Below are positions 14,826 through 27,434 of a DNA stretch of 64,000 bases, piece after piece. A model generated the notes under the pieces. That model ran no database searches and was not told the DNA's origin. It was given only the letters and a program-made list of their open reading frames with translations. Each line of letters starts with the position of its first letter. Position 1 is the stretch's first letter. The DNA comes from Octopus vulgaris (taxonomy: Eukaryota), in assembly GCA_951406725.2 (NCBI GenBank), contig OX597818.1:16864001-16928000 (forward strand). The letters run 5' to 3'. Both the position numbers and the translations under genes were made by a program.

Positions 14826-15178
14826 TACACCGCAAAGCTTACAGATAGGCTGCTGAATTGAAATCTCTATGTTGCTTTGAAGGGAAGCTAAAACTTAACA
14901 AACTGCTCCTCCCTCCGTTCTTGGACTACTGTGATGATTATGATTGTGATAAAATAATGAAAGCAGTATTTACTAAGCAAGTGAGCACTATTATACAAAG
15001 AAATAATTAGACATAAAATATCAAAAATTATTAGAATTTGAACTCAAATGTGAAAATATTATCAAGTGGCTAGCAGAAAATGGTCTGGAGGGCATTCTTT
15101 ATACTAGTCTCTATAATATCTTAATATGGCTATCCTATTCTAATATTCATTTTTTGTCTCCTCTTTAATTTATTCCAG

Positions 15179-15360
15179 TCCCCACAGGTCCACCAACTAT
15201 TATCAAAGCTCGTAGTCTGTCACCAACTGTTACACGTGTGAGCTGGGAGCCACCATTAAAGAATCAGACGAATGGAGAATTATCTGGATATCAGCTGATC
15301 TATGGAATCACTGGTGAAGATACAGTGCAGCCTGTAGTTGTGAAAGATCCAAGTGAAACT
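15179..15360 (+). CDS. PTP99A-like exon C, FN3 #2 N-half
   Basis: Acceptor tattccag| and donor |gtaagt. Translates VPTGPPTIIKARSLSPTVTRVSWEPPLKNQTNGELSGYQLIYGITGEDTVQPVVVKDPSET; overlaps ORF 15238..15420. Confidence 0.95.
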
Positions 15361-15823
15361 GTAAGTAGATACTTGAACTCGTTTCATCTGATGTTTTTAT
15401 TCATGAACAAATGGAGATAAGTAATTTTTGGCTATTGGTTTTATTGGGTAACACAGCTGGTTGATTGTAACCCGTTCTGAAGTGAGCAGTGATCTCTCAC
15501 AGCATAGTAAAACTTAAACATAACACATGCATGTGCACACATACACACACACACATTTTATATTTGCTTTTTGGTTTTCCATCGCAGTGGGGATTGGACA
15601 AATACATATTGAGGCATTGCTTTCCCTTTTTGCTAGCCCTTACCAGTTTTTCTTTTTTTCTTTCAAGTAAATGTATATTTTATTATGGAGATGTACTTCC
15701 ATAGCAAGTGATTTGATCTGAGATCGTGTGCTGAAACGAAAACAATTGCAGCGTGGAAGGTGTTTGTAAGCCATCTAAGAAACACACAAAAGCCTTTCGA
15801 TTCACTTCAACATTTAAGTTTAA

Positions 15824-15874
15824 TTTGTCAAAATATTTTCGTCACTTTAAGACCGCGACCTGTTCACTGACAAA
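15824..15874 (-). ncRNA. Minimal type-I hammerhead ribozyme, G3-C8 core variant
   Basis: TTTGTCA GTGAACA G GTCGC ggtcttaaa GTGAC GAA AATATT T TGACAAA: 7-bp stem I, 5-bp stem II with one GU, palindromic stem III. Confidence 0.7.
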
Positions 15875-15909
15875 AATCCGTGCTGCATCCGGATTTTTGC
15901 CGCACGGAT

Positions 15910-15960
15910 TTTGTCAGTGAACAGGTCGTGGTCTTAAAGCAACGAAAATATTTTGACAAA
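15910..15960 (+). ncRNA. Inverted copy of the G3-C8 hammerhead, stem II partly degenerate
   Basis: TTTGTCA GTGAACA G GTCGT ggtcttaaa GCAAC GAA AATATT T TGACAAA. Confidence 0.6.
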
Positions 15961-17541
15961 TTAAACTTATATTTTATTGTTTACTTGGAAAGTGCTGAGC
16001 TGATTTGTTTTGTCAGGAATGTGAACAAATATCACCCCCAACCCCCTTGATTTTGCTCAGCACTTGTCATGTGGCAACATAGCTTCCCCCCCATCTCTCT
16101 CCCTCACACAAATACACTGCAGTTATCTAGATAGATACACACATATGACAAGCTTCTGTACAATTTCTTTCTTCTGATTCCTTCTACTCACAAAGCATTG
16201 AATTGTTCAAGGTTACATTAGAAAAACGCCTGCAGTGCTATACATTGAGATGGAACTCCAGACAATATGGTAACCAAGCAAAAGTCCTTATCTACACAGC
16301 CATGCCTGCTTCTCTAAACTTAGATCTACACATGTTAATTTTATATTATACAGCATAGAGTGCTTCGACTTTATTTCTAATCAACATCTTGCCTGAGATA
16401 TGTTTAGCCCAGTTGATAAACTTGTCTCTGCCTCTACTATCAAACCATCCCTACACTACTTGGATTAAAACTTACATGTTTAAATTAGAATGTGACTGTA
16501 TAATTACACTTGATAAAAAGTTCTTAATTTATCTAAGACTGTGTTCTAAACACTAACTTATTTATCAAAAAAAAAAGGAAAAAACATTACTAAATTTATT
16601 ATTGCAATCAACACCAATAACTTAAATACGAAAAGAAAACAGTTTACTACCCAGTGAACATCATTAACTCCATCTTGATAAAGCCAATAAAGATGCTTCT
16701 ACGTGGTAATTTCTCTTACTGAAAATAACTGCCATGTGTCTCTGAAATCACATGCCACCATTTAAAAAAAACAAATGACACATTAGATAATATAGTCCTT
16801 TTTTTTTCCTTGGACTGTTAGATTGATGAATAAGACCTGGTGGTTCCTTGACAGGTTCTACATATTTATTATGTAATTTTTGTGGAAATATACAAAATCA
16901 GTTTTTATTTGCCTTTTTAATATTTGTTTTTTTACAAAACATTAATTTGTTGGTTACATGCAGATGAGTTTGCCACACCTACCTAGACACTCAGAATGCA
17001 ATGAGTAAGAACAATCGCCACAAAGGCATCTCATCTAATGCTCTAATAATTCTGGCAATCTATAATTTTGGACTGGAACTTTATTTTATTGACCCTCAGG
17101 AGATGAAAGACATATCTTGCTTTCTGTGGGATTTGAACTCAGAATTCACAGCTGTAACAAATCCCACCAAGCATTTTATCCAGTGCTCATTAACGATTGT
17201 GTTCACTCGCAACCTGAATGTAATCTTTACATATCTTAGAAAGATGGGATGGTCATAGATGGAATGTTTTTGATCATGGGTCTTGTTGATCAGAGTTGAC
17301 TTGGAGGTTGACCATTGTCACCACCTACAAATATCTATAAATAAAAAAAAATGTTACAATTACTTCACTAAACTCTTCCACATTCTTGATTATGTATTAA
17401 ATGGATTAAAGTTCAAGACAAATCTATTCTTGAGAGGAAAATAGCAACAAGTGGTTGTTACTGTCAACAGAATTATTGCTTTCATTCTTTGTGAAGTGAT
17501 CTTACACATCTTTAATACCATCATGCTTTTTCTCTTTTCAG

Positions 17542-17656
17542 AGTATTGAACTGCAGGCGCTGCGTCCATACACAAATTATACTGTGTTGGTGAAAGCTTT
17601 CAATTCTGAGGGTGATGGACCTGATGGTGTGTTGTTCTTTCAAACAATGGAAGGCT
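17542..17656 (+). CDS. PTP99A-like exon D, FN3 #2 C-half
   Basis: Acceptor tctcttttcag| and donor |gtaagt. Translates SIELQALRPYTNYTVLVKAFNSEGDGPDGVLFFQTMEG; phase 0 junction with exon C. Confidence 0.95.
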
Positions 17657-18289
17657 GTAAGTTTTTTGACAATGCCTATATCTACTTACACTCTAGTTAT
17701 TTCAAATGTAGCTATGTAGCTAAGTAGGTAAGTGATGATGGGGTGGAGAGCAACATGGGAATGGTTAGAGTAATATACATACAACTGTTTATAAATACAT
17801 CTTCCAAACATTTTTACTCTTGGGGAGTAATAATTATTATATATATCTTTATTTATCATTTTATTTCTCTCTCATAAAATTAAATTTCATAAAGTAAATA
17901 AAGCATCAAACTGTGTTTAAAGAGTTTGGTAATGCTAAATCCATCAAGCATCACGTAGGAGGTTGAAGAAATTCCATCTTTATCAAAACGCTGTCTCATC
18001 AAATTCCCCTACAATTTCTTATGAGGTAATTTTTACTGTAGAGTTACTTTACTACCTATAGATAGCAGGATTTTACTACTTTAGAAATATAATGTGTGCA
18101 CAATAAAATCATGAATATTGAATAAAATAAACATTACTGCAAATGGCATTTGCATATAATTAGCCTATTTATCAGTATTTCTTGGAACCCTAAGGTTCCA
18201 GAGAATCCTAGTTGGGGAACACTAGCTCAGAGAGTAAGTAAAAAATTGATGTACTATTAACATTTGATCTATTGTAGCTGTTCTTGTTG

Positions 18290-19470
18290 GATTTAAATAT
18301 AGGTAAAAGAGATGCCTAGATAGAAGTAACTACAGAGATATCAAATTGCTGAACTAGGTCATGAAAGTTATAGCCCAATTAATTAGGAATAGAATCAGGT
18401 TAGGTGAGATGCAGCTTGGTTTTGTGCCAGGAGGAAGTAGAACTGTTGCTATCTTCTAAGTAAGACAACTGCAGGAGAAATATGCAGTTAAAAATAAGCC
18501 ATTGTACTTGGCATTCATTGATCTGGAGGTATCCTTTGACAGAGGTCCTCACTCTGTGATCTAATGGTCTCTGAGGAAGCTAGAAATAGACAAATGGCTT
18601 GTGAAAGCCATACAAGCCATGTACAAGATAAGAACTAATCATAAGTTGACAAATTTAGACTACAGGTAGCAATACACCAGGGCTGAGTTGTCAGTCCCTT
18701 TCTATTTATGATAGCCCTCTAGGCCGTAAAACTGGTTACCTTTGGGAACTATTATATGATGATGACCTTGTTCGCACAGCAAAATCTGTAACAGAATTAG
18801 AAAAATATCACCGGAAGGTTAACAGAAAAAGTACTGTTTGTATACATGGGAAATATATTTTCTCAAATGTCTTGGAGTCTCCCCTTCCCCCAGGTGGTAG
18901 TTTCTGATGCCTAGGTGAACTAATTAGCAGTGGAAAGGGATGTTATGAAACTATAGTTGATAGAATAAGAAGAGGATGGAAGAAGTCCAGAGAGCTATTA
19001 TTATACCTGTTGGCTACAAAATCTGTCTCTCTGTCTGTCTGTCTCTCTATCTCTGAGTGAAAGGCAGATTGTATGATGCTTGTGCATTGACAACAATACT
19101 ACATGCTAGTGAGTCATGAACCTTGAATGCTGAAAACGTGAAAACTAGAGAGAAATGAGACTAGCATGGTACACTGGATGTGCAATGTCAGTATGCTTGT
19201 ACAACAAAGTGCAAGTACGTTGAGAGGAAAATCAGGCATAAGAGAAATCCAATGTAGCATGCAACAAAGAAAATTGCACTGGTTTGATTATGTGATGCAT
19301 ATTGATCAGAATAGCTCTATATGAACATGCCAGTCACTTAAAGTGGATGTGACTTGTGAAAGAAGGAGACCCAAGAAGACATAGGAAAAAGTAGTTGGGG
19401 CTGATCTCAAGGTGTTGAGCTTCATGGAGATGGTGACAAAAGACTAAAATGATCAGTAATTCACTGTACT
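18290..19470 (+). mobile_element. Degenerate RTE LINE fragment (RT to 3' end)
   Basis: Remnant peptides EMQLGFVPGGSRT, RQLQEKY, LYLAFIDLE and ELLYDDDLV, interrupted by stops. Confidence 0.85.
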
Positions 19471-19805
19471 CAAGAATGCCAATCTATCACTACGAAAATG
19501 AGGTCCTAAAAGCATCTTGTTTATGCCTATACATACTGGGCCCTTTGTTGCACACAATGTCCCCCTCGAGCATTTCACACATTTCATCTCCCTGACACCC
19601 ACCCCATCACTCCTGTGACTATGGTGCTATTTAGCTGCTGTATTCACTTAAGAGGAGAATCAATACATTTCAGCCCCACCCTTTTGTGCTACTAGTTACT
19701 TCCTTCTCCCTCTGGTAATACTTCCTATTAACATCCACCCCTCAATTTCATTATCATCCATTCCCTTATTATTTTCCACTGAGCACCCTTTTCTATGCCT
19801 TCAGT

Positions 19806-19838
<33 letters not shown>

Positions 19839-20657
19839 GGCTGCACCTCAGACTTGCTACACCTCATCTTTTTTTACCTGCTATGATTCTCAGTACTCTC
19901 TCATATTCGCCATCGATGCTATCCTGTTGTCAGTCCCTTTATACACTTCATTCCTCATTACTTATATACCTTTCAGAACATTCTCTTACTTTCTGATCCC
20001 CCTTTCCTGACCCACTCTTATCTCTCCCACCTTGCCTTCCATAATGATATTCTCCATAATCATTTCTAGAATGTGACATGTAGATAATCATTTCTAACAA
20101 AGGCACATGGTTTTGAATTTCTCTTGGGGTTTAGTCAATTGCATTTGATAGTATGAAGTCCATCAGGCACCACATAAAAGGTTGAAGAAATTTCATCTTA
20201 AGCAAGACCTTGTCTGATCAAATTCTACAATTTCTTAAACTTATTTACCCCAGTACTTGACTGGTACTTTTTTTTATATTTTGACACTGGAATAATGAAA
20301 GGCTAAATTGACCTTGGTGAGAGTTGGCACTGTCACTTGTAGATAAGGAAAGTACAAGTTACCCATTGATGGATTAATCTCATAAGCAAAGGGTAATACA
20401 GTGAACTTTAACGTAGCACTATTGGGAATAATAAAATATATACAAAGCATTCAAAAGCACTGATATTATACATTGTTTGCTGAAATATTTAGGATGTTTG
20501 TTCTGGTGTTTGTGTGTGTGTAATAGTGAAGATTCTGTCATTAGAAAGAAAATGTTGAAGTTAAATGATGATATATTGGTTGCCATTCAATGCATTCTTA
20601 TAATATTGTGTGTCTATATATGAGATCTAACATGTTTTCTATTTCATTTCATTCCAG

Positions 20658-20852
20658 TGCCTAACAAGCCACGGATCACACATTGTACTCATGTCCATGC
20701 TAGTTCTCTACGTGTAAACTGGGAAGCTCCTACTGAACTCAATGGACGGCTACTTGGTTACCAATTGGTATGGCAATATAATGGGGAGAACTTCACTAAA
20801 AACATCACTACTAGCTTACAAGATCCCATGTCAGCACTTGTGACAGGATTAA
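20658..20852 (+). CDS. PTP99A-like exon E, FN3 #3 N-part
   Basis: Acceptor ttcattccag| and donor |gtaagt. Translates LPNKPRITHCTHVHASSLRVNWEAPTELNGRLLGYQLVWQYNGENFTKNITTSLQDPMSALVTGL. Confidence 0.95.
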
Positions 20853-21699
20853 GTAAGTGTTCTAATCATGTTATTATTTTACACCATTTTTTTTCTCCCA
20901 TATGCACTATACCTCTCCCCCTCTCTCTTTCTGTCTCTCTCGATCCTACCAAAACATGTCACCCCCTCATCCCTGTCAATTGTGTTATTGTTATTACTCT
21001 CCTCCATGCATCCTTCTAAATCTCCTCGACTTGTGCACCTCCTCCTCTCAATCTTTCCCACTCTTTACCCAACTCTCTTCCATTTCCCCTATCCTTCCAC
21101 CATAGGCAATCTTGCAGCCTCCCTTTGCTACCACTCACCTTGTACCTTAAGGTACCACCTAGATACCTCATCACCGCTGTTTACTGCTCTGTCTCCTAAA
21201 TGTGTGTAGTCTTTACAACAGGAACCTGCTCTACTCCAACCTCTTCTCTCGTACCTAAGGTATGAGAGAAGGTTTTGTAGTCTTGTGATATGCATGACAA
21301 CCTCAACATTGCCAGTGTCACAAAAGCAGCACCCAGTACACACTGTAAGCAGTTGGCATTAGAAAGGGCGTCCAGCTGTAGAAATTATGCCAAAGCAGAC
21401 GCATGAGCATGATGTAGTCTTTTGGTCCATTGGGTCCATGTCAAACCATCCAGTTCATGCCAGCATGGATCATCATCATTTAATGTCCACTTTCTGTGCT
21501 GGTATGGGTTAAATAACTTGAATGGAACTGGTAAACCAGAAAGCTGCACCAGGTTCCAGTCAAAATGCTCATCCTAACACCAACCATTCCAACTATATAG
21601 TGGGTGTCACTGGCATGGAAGGTGTTATGTGTCACCAGCACCAGCCACAACTATGATTTCACTTGGCTTGGTGAGTCTTCTCATGCATAGCAAATTGCC

Positions 21700-22300
21700 A
21701 AAGTCCTGTTAGACCTCACATTCAAAAATCATGCTTCACCATCTCGTCCCATGTCTTCCTGGGTCTACTTCTTCCACAGGTTCCTCTACAATTAGAGATC
21801 GGTACTTCTTTACACAGCTGTCCTCATCCGTATGCATCACTTGATCATACCAGTACAGATGCCTCTCTTGCACACAACATCTGATGCCTCTTATGTCCAA
21901 TTTTTCTTTCAAGACGCTTACACTCAATCATGCATGCACACTGACATTACACATCCAATAGAGCATACTAGATTCATTTCTTTTAAGCCTTCGCATGTTC
22001 TCTGCCATCTCAGCCCATGTTTCACTGCCATGTAGCATGGCTGTTTGCACACAGGCATTATACAATCTGCCTTTCACTCTGAGGGTGAGGCCCTTTGTTG
22101 CCATCAAAGGTAGAAGCTCTCTGAACTTTGTCCAGCCTGTTCTTACTCTAGCAGCTATGCTCTCAGAGCATCAACCTCCACTGAAGACTTGGTCACTTAG
22201 ATAACGAAAGCTATCAACTACTCTAGGTATCCCTGCTGGTATTTGATAGGTTATTTTCTGTATATTTCTAGTGTTTACTATACTTGTGCATCTGCCACAT
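21700..22300 (-). mobile_element. RTE LINE 3' fragment
   Basis: ORF 21736..21927 LKEKLDIRGIRCCVQERHLYWYDQVMHTDEDSCVKK matches the RTE C-terminus seen at 34468..34701. Confidence 0.85.
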
Positions 22301-23089
22301 ACAAAGACTATTAAATGATGATACCTTTTTCTGTCCCTCAGTACTACTCCCCGCACTACCCCGGGGGCTCTTGTACTGCAAGTTACTTGGTGACCTCATT
22401 GCTACTGGTGCCATGCAAAAAGCACCCAGTACTCTCTGTAAAGTAGCAGGCATTAGGAAGGGGATCCAGCTATAGTACCCATGTCAAAGCAAACTGCAAA
22501 GCCTGATGCAGTCTTCTGACCTGCCAGTTCTTGTTGAACTGTTTCAGCATGGAAATGGACGTTAAATGATGATGATTATATATGTGTATGTGCACACACA
22601 TTCACATACCTTTTTTAATATTGTCAAGCAGTATATTACTGGTTATGGCATTGTCAAGTAGAATAGTTAGTGCAAACCCATAAGTAACTTTCTGATCAGT
22701 TATATACTCAATGATATTTAAATATAATTGCTCTCTTTATTCTTCTATTTTTCTGACTTATGGACAACTATCTAATGATATACATACATGTATATGTGTG
22801 CGTGTGTTTTGGGTAAAATGCACTCTTAAAAACTCCTATGCTTCACGTTCTTGGCTACCACCTTTTAATTTCATTTCTCAGTGTAAGGTAGCACCTGAAG
22901 AAGCACCCACATTGTAATGGCAATCAAAGACTTCAGATTCATAGATATTAAGATATCAAGAATAATCTTAAATAATATTTTATGATTATGAAAAGTTCCT
23001 AACTAATGAAAATGGGGGATGCAGACACATATATTGTGATGCATTAATGAAACCTTTGAATTGCCATCTACAAGTTGTTATTATTATTA

Positions 23090-23136
<47 letters not shown>

Positions 23137-23140
<4 letters not shown>

Positions 23141-23356
23141 TATAGATAGTTAATCCAAACATGAAAACACAGAGAAAACACAACAACGTGAGCACGTGGA
23201 ACAAATATAGTATTATTGGACGCTCAGGAAGGAGGGGAAGAAGGAGGGTTTTATGTTTCGAGCGGAGCTCTTCGTCAGAAACATAGGAAAAGGAAAGATC
23301 CAGAGAAGGGAATACGGAGGAAAAAAAATTGCCAGCGGTACACACGCGGTCATATT
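23137..23356 (-). mobile_element. (TA)n-inserted short element (Penelope-like pLTR/3' end)
   Basis: Non-repetitive block between TA arrays that contains a hammerhead core. Confidence 0.7.
23248..23282 (-). ncRNA. Minimal type-I hammerhead ribozyme, canonical CUGANGA/GAAA core
   Basis: GTTT CTGACGA A GAGC tcc GCTC GAA ACAT A AAAC. Stem III ACAT is one CpG transition from the palindrome ACGT. Confidence 0.75.
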
Positions 23357-23390
23357 TTGAATGTGTATATATATATATATATATTGACTG

Positions 23391-23421
<31 letters not shown>

Positions 23422-23607
23422 TGAATGTATATATATGTATGTATATATATATATATTTTGAATGTATGTATATATATACATATTTTGAATGTATGTATAT
23501 ATATATATATATTTTGAATGTATGTATGTATATATATATATATTGAATGTATGTATATATATATATTTTGAATGTATGTATATATGTATATATATTGAAT
23601 ATATATA
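23356..23607. repeat. Minisatellite ttgaatgtatg(ta)n
   Basis: About 8 variable units of ttgaatgta embedded in TA runs. Confidence 0.9.
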
Positions 23608-24130
23608 TGAGATTTATTATTGCTATATATATATATACACACATGTATATTCCATTCAATAACATGGAGTTTCCTCCTTGGCAACAAATTTCCCTCTTAC
23701 AACTGTAGACATTCAATAGTTCAAACAGCAGAGCTGTAAAATAAATAAACATGTGAACTCCCTTCCTATTGTAATCCCACGTTACAAAAGAAGGAAAATG
23801 ATTGGTCACTGACTCCTCTAGCTCTCAGACAAATAAATATTTTCAAAAGCAAAGAACAGACAAATAGACGTCAAATAGAGTTCCCTCCCTTTATCTTCAC
23901 TTATAACAAATTATGACCTTTAACTGTTCCAGCTGACACTTAATCCCTGTAATCTCTCGTTTGACTTAATCACTCAACATTCGAATATCCATTAACCCAC
24001 CCACCCCTGCCAGTGTGAAACATGGATATTAAATGATGATGATGATAATATACGTTTACACACAGATATTCAGATACAAATATACACATCTATAAGATGG
24101 ATTATACACACACATACACACACGTGTGTA

Positions 24131-24164
<34 letters not shown>

Positions 24165-24182
24165 CTCACACAAACACGCGTG

Positions 24183-24226
<44 letters not shown>

Positions 24227-24239
24227 TAAATCTATATAT

Positions 24240-24477
24240 AATAACAAAGGGTAAAATTAATTAATTAAGAAGTAATCAATAATTTCACCAAGTAGAATTC
24301 GGCATGAAAAAAGGACCATTTCATGGTAAACTTAAGTAATACTAAATAATTAGGGTTCAGCAAAGATTTGCTTCACCACATACCGAAGTTTAGAAATAGC
24401 TAACGTTTTTTGGCTGCTATTTCTAAACTTCAGTATGTGGTAAAGCAAATCTTTGCTGAACCCTAATTATTTAGTAT
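24240..24477. mobile_element. (TA)n-inserted fold-back element; unrearranged copy at 30229-30486
   Basis: Arms 24339-24400 and 24416-24477. The first ~160 bp are near-identical to 30231-30390. Confidence 0.85.
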
Positions 24478-24490
24478 ATATATATATATA

Positions 24491-24686
24491 CCGGAGTAAA
24501 CACATAAATGTGAAACAAGGTGGAAAAAGGTAGAGTAATATGCTTTATTTAAAGCAGCAGAAAATTCAACAAAACCTGTTACTCTGAGTTTCCCGTTGCC
24601 GTTCATTGGACAGTTTTGTCCGATGAACGGCAACAGGAAACTCAGAGTAACAGGTTTTGTTGAATTTTCTGCTGCTTTAAATAAAG
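24491..24686. mobile_element. (TA)n-inserted fold-back element with hammerhead folds
   Basis: Arms 24543-24611 and 24617-24686. A fragment of the same tail lies at ~57777-57811. Confidence 0.8.
24617..24652 (+). ncRNA. Minimal hammerhead-like motif, U4C core (CCGAUGA)
   Basis: TGT CCGATGA ACG gcaa CAG GAA ACTCAGAGT A ACA. Minus-strand twin at 24576-24613: CTGT CCAATGA ACG gcaa CGG GAA ACTCAGAGT A ACAG. Confidence 0.6.
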
Positions 24687-25217
24687 TATATATATATATA
24701 TATATATATATACATACACATACAAAAACATACACACACACAAACTCTGATGTTAAGGCTAGATAATAATTTGAAATTTTTGCACAAGGCCAGCAATTTT
24801 AGGGGAAGTTATTATGTTGATTACATCAACCCCCACTGCTCAACTGGTACTTATTTTCTTGAGTCCCAAAACAATGAAAGGTAAAGTCAGCCTCAGAAGT
24901 ATTTGAACTCAGAACACAAAATCTGAAGAAATGTCATTAAGAAGTAATAATTATAATAATTAATAATAATGTCAATCATCTTGATGATGATTACATTGTT
25001 TGGTAGTAATTTAAACCATTATTATACATATTTGAAAATTGAGAATTTAGTTTGCAGGTGCAAGGCGTGGCTGTATGGTAAGAAGCCTGCTTTCCAACCA
25101 CATGGTTCTAGGTTCAGTCCCACTGTGTGGTACCTAGCACAAGTGTCTTCTACTATAGTCTTCGGCCAACCAAAACCTTATAAGTGGATTTGGTAGCAGG
25201 AAAATGAAAGAAGACTG

Positions 25218-25329
<112 letters not shown>

Positions 25330-25639
25330 GAACTTGCTCATGTGCCAGCGACACGTAAAATGCACCATCTGAACATGGCCGATACCAGTGCCACCTAACT
25401 GGCTGCTGTGCTGGTGGCATGTAAAAAGCACCCAATACACTCTCACAATAGTTGGTGTTAGGATTGGAGCCTCGTGCAGCCTCCAGGCTTGCCAGTCCCC
25501 AATCAAATCATCCAACCTATGCCAACAAGAAAAACGGACATTAAACAATGATGATATATATATTTATAATGATCTTATGGTTTGCTATACTAACTTCAGG
25601 AAACCTGCCAGTCACCTAATCTCCTAACATTCTGGTAGA

Positions 25640-26655
25640 CACACTAGCCAAATTGACTACATCATCGCTAGAAAAAGGCTTATAAATGCCAAACCTTCCC
25701 AAGCGAAGAATGTACCCCACAACATAGACTAGTAGTTAGTGACTTCAGGATCAGGGCTAAATGGATGCCCAGAAGATGACCAGCATGGAGGAAAAAGGTC
25801 TGGAAGCTTAAAGATCCTGTGAATGGACTGAGATTTAGAGTCGTATTACTCAAAGCCTTTGACGAAATAGAAGGGGATATAGCATCACATGATGTGGAAG
25901 ACAACTGGAGGTTTCTACGGGACAACCACTGACCAGATCTGGGGATGGTGCAAAATCCCCTTTTGACCCAAGGTAACGTGGTGGAGGAAGAATGTTGTTG
26001 ACAGGGCTGTTAGAAAAAGAAACAGGCTTGGAAGGACTGGAAGAATGGTGGTAGCAGGGAATTGTATCAGACTGCCAGAAGAGAAGCTAGGAGACAGGTT
26101 TATTTAGCTAGAGGGGAAGCAGATAAGAAAAAATTTGCCAATGTTCTGTGCTGTGAGGACCAAAGACTTGAGGTATTTCGTGTTGCAAGACAGTGTGTGA
26201 GAGAGAATCATGATGTTGTAGGAGAGAAATGTGTCCACATGGATGATAGTTCTCTTGCGTTAAATGGGGTTGCAAAGAGAGAGGTTTAGAGACACCAGTA
26301 TGAAAGGTTGCTGAATAAAGAAAATGAATGGGAGAAAGAGAGTTTGCCGACTGTCGACCCAGCAGAGGGACCAGCTATCTAATTGACAGTACCTTGGTAG
26401 ATAAAGCAATTCAAGATATGAAGACAGGGAAAGCCCCTGACCCATCAGGAATCACTGCAGAGATGCTCAAAATATCTGGCGGTGTCGGCTTTAGCCTAGT
26501 CACCCGTATAGTTAACCAGGTGATACATGAAGGAGTCATGCCCAATGACTGGTGTAGCAGCACCATAGTCAACTGCTACAATGTTAAAGGTGACGCTTTA
26601 GATACAAATAATTACAGAGGTATCAAGCTGTTGGGTCAGGTAATGAAGATCACGG
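25640..26655 (+). mobile_element. RTE LINE internal fragment (endonuclease end to RT start)
   Basis: Peptides SQIDYII, CTPQHRLVVSDF, MKTGKAPDPSGITAEMLK and NYRGIKLL. Confidence 0.92.
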
Positions 26656-27338
26656 TAAAGAAAAATATATTTGTTGGTGGAGTAATGTGTGAGGAGGGCA
26701 AAGCAAAATGTATGCGATATATTGTTGTTATTAATTGGTGTCCAGTAATTAGTTTATCTATTCTATTCAGTTATTGTCAATCCATTGCTGGATGAAAGCT
26801 TAGGCATGCCATTGCTCGCTTATTGACACCAACCAGCTGCTGGTTGGACAGAGTAGTCTCATGGTTGTGTATTTAACTATGATTTTTGGTACCTAAACTA
26901 TATATATTCAGAATGCAAATATTTCTAAGCATCTCTTCTAGACCTCTAACAATTGTATCAAACCATCACTCTGGAATAGTAAATTATTTTATCTTTTTGC
27001 ATTTGCTTTTCCAACCTGGCACCGGTTGGATGAAGACTTATTTGCAGTAGTTTTTTTTTTCTTTCCTTTTTTGTTTTTTCCTGTATGCCTTCCAGAATCA
27101 ATAAAATGAGTTACCAGTAATCAAGTTAATCCACTGATCCCTTCCCCTCAAATTTCTGGTTTTGTTCTTAATTTTCAAATGATTTCAAAATGAAAACCAA
27201 GAATAGAAAAAGAAAATCATTTTCTAATATTCATTACATATTGAAAAGAATCTAAAACTGGAAAATTAGTAAAAATGTTTCATTTGGCCCTTTCTGTAAA
27301 ATTATTTTCTATTGTTTTGTCTATTTTCATTTATCCAG

Positions 27339-27434
27339 AGCCTTATACAGAATATGTTACACGAGTTGCTGCCATCACAGGAGGTGGGCGGGGCAATTTC
27401 AGCAATGAGTATCCAGCCTTAACTGATGTTTCAG
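27339..27434 (+). CDS. PTP99A-like exon F, FN3 #3 C-part
   Basis: Acceptor ttatccag| and donor |gtatac. Translates KPYTEYVTRVAAITGGGRGNFSNEYPALTDVS; in frame with exon E (GL-KPYTEY). Confidence 0.93.

Larger units (their letters stand above)
15684..15969. mobile_element. Short fold-back element (putative Penelope-like pLTR remnant) with hammerhead folds in both arms
   Basis: Inverted arms 15815-15883 and 15902-15969. Confidence 0.75.

Noticed and set aside
17938-20240. ~80-bp direct repeats at 17940-18022 and 20160-20238 flanking an RTE fragment
   Set aside because: Too long and diverged for a TSD and not at the LINE boundaries; probably two fragments of a dispersed repeat.
24296-24345. Three-way-junction-like arrangement (ACCAT/ATGGT stem, ACTTAAGT palindrome), also at ~30290-30335
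   Set aside because: The topology resembles a hammerhead, but the core (ATGAAAA...AA) lacks a 3-8 pair and G12, and stem I is poor. Not called a ribozyme.
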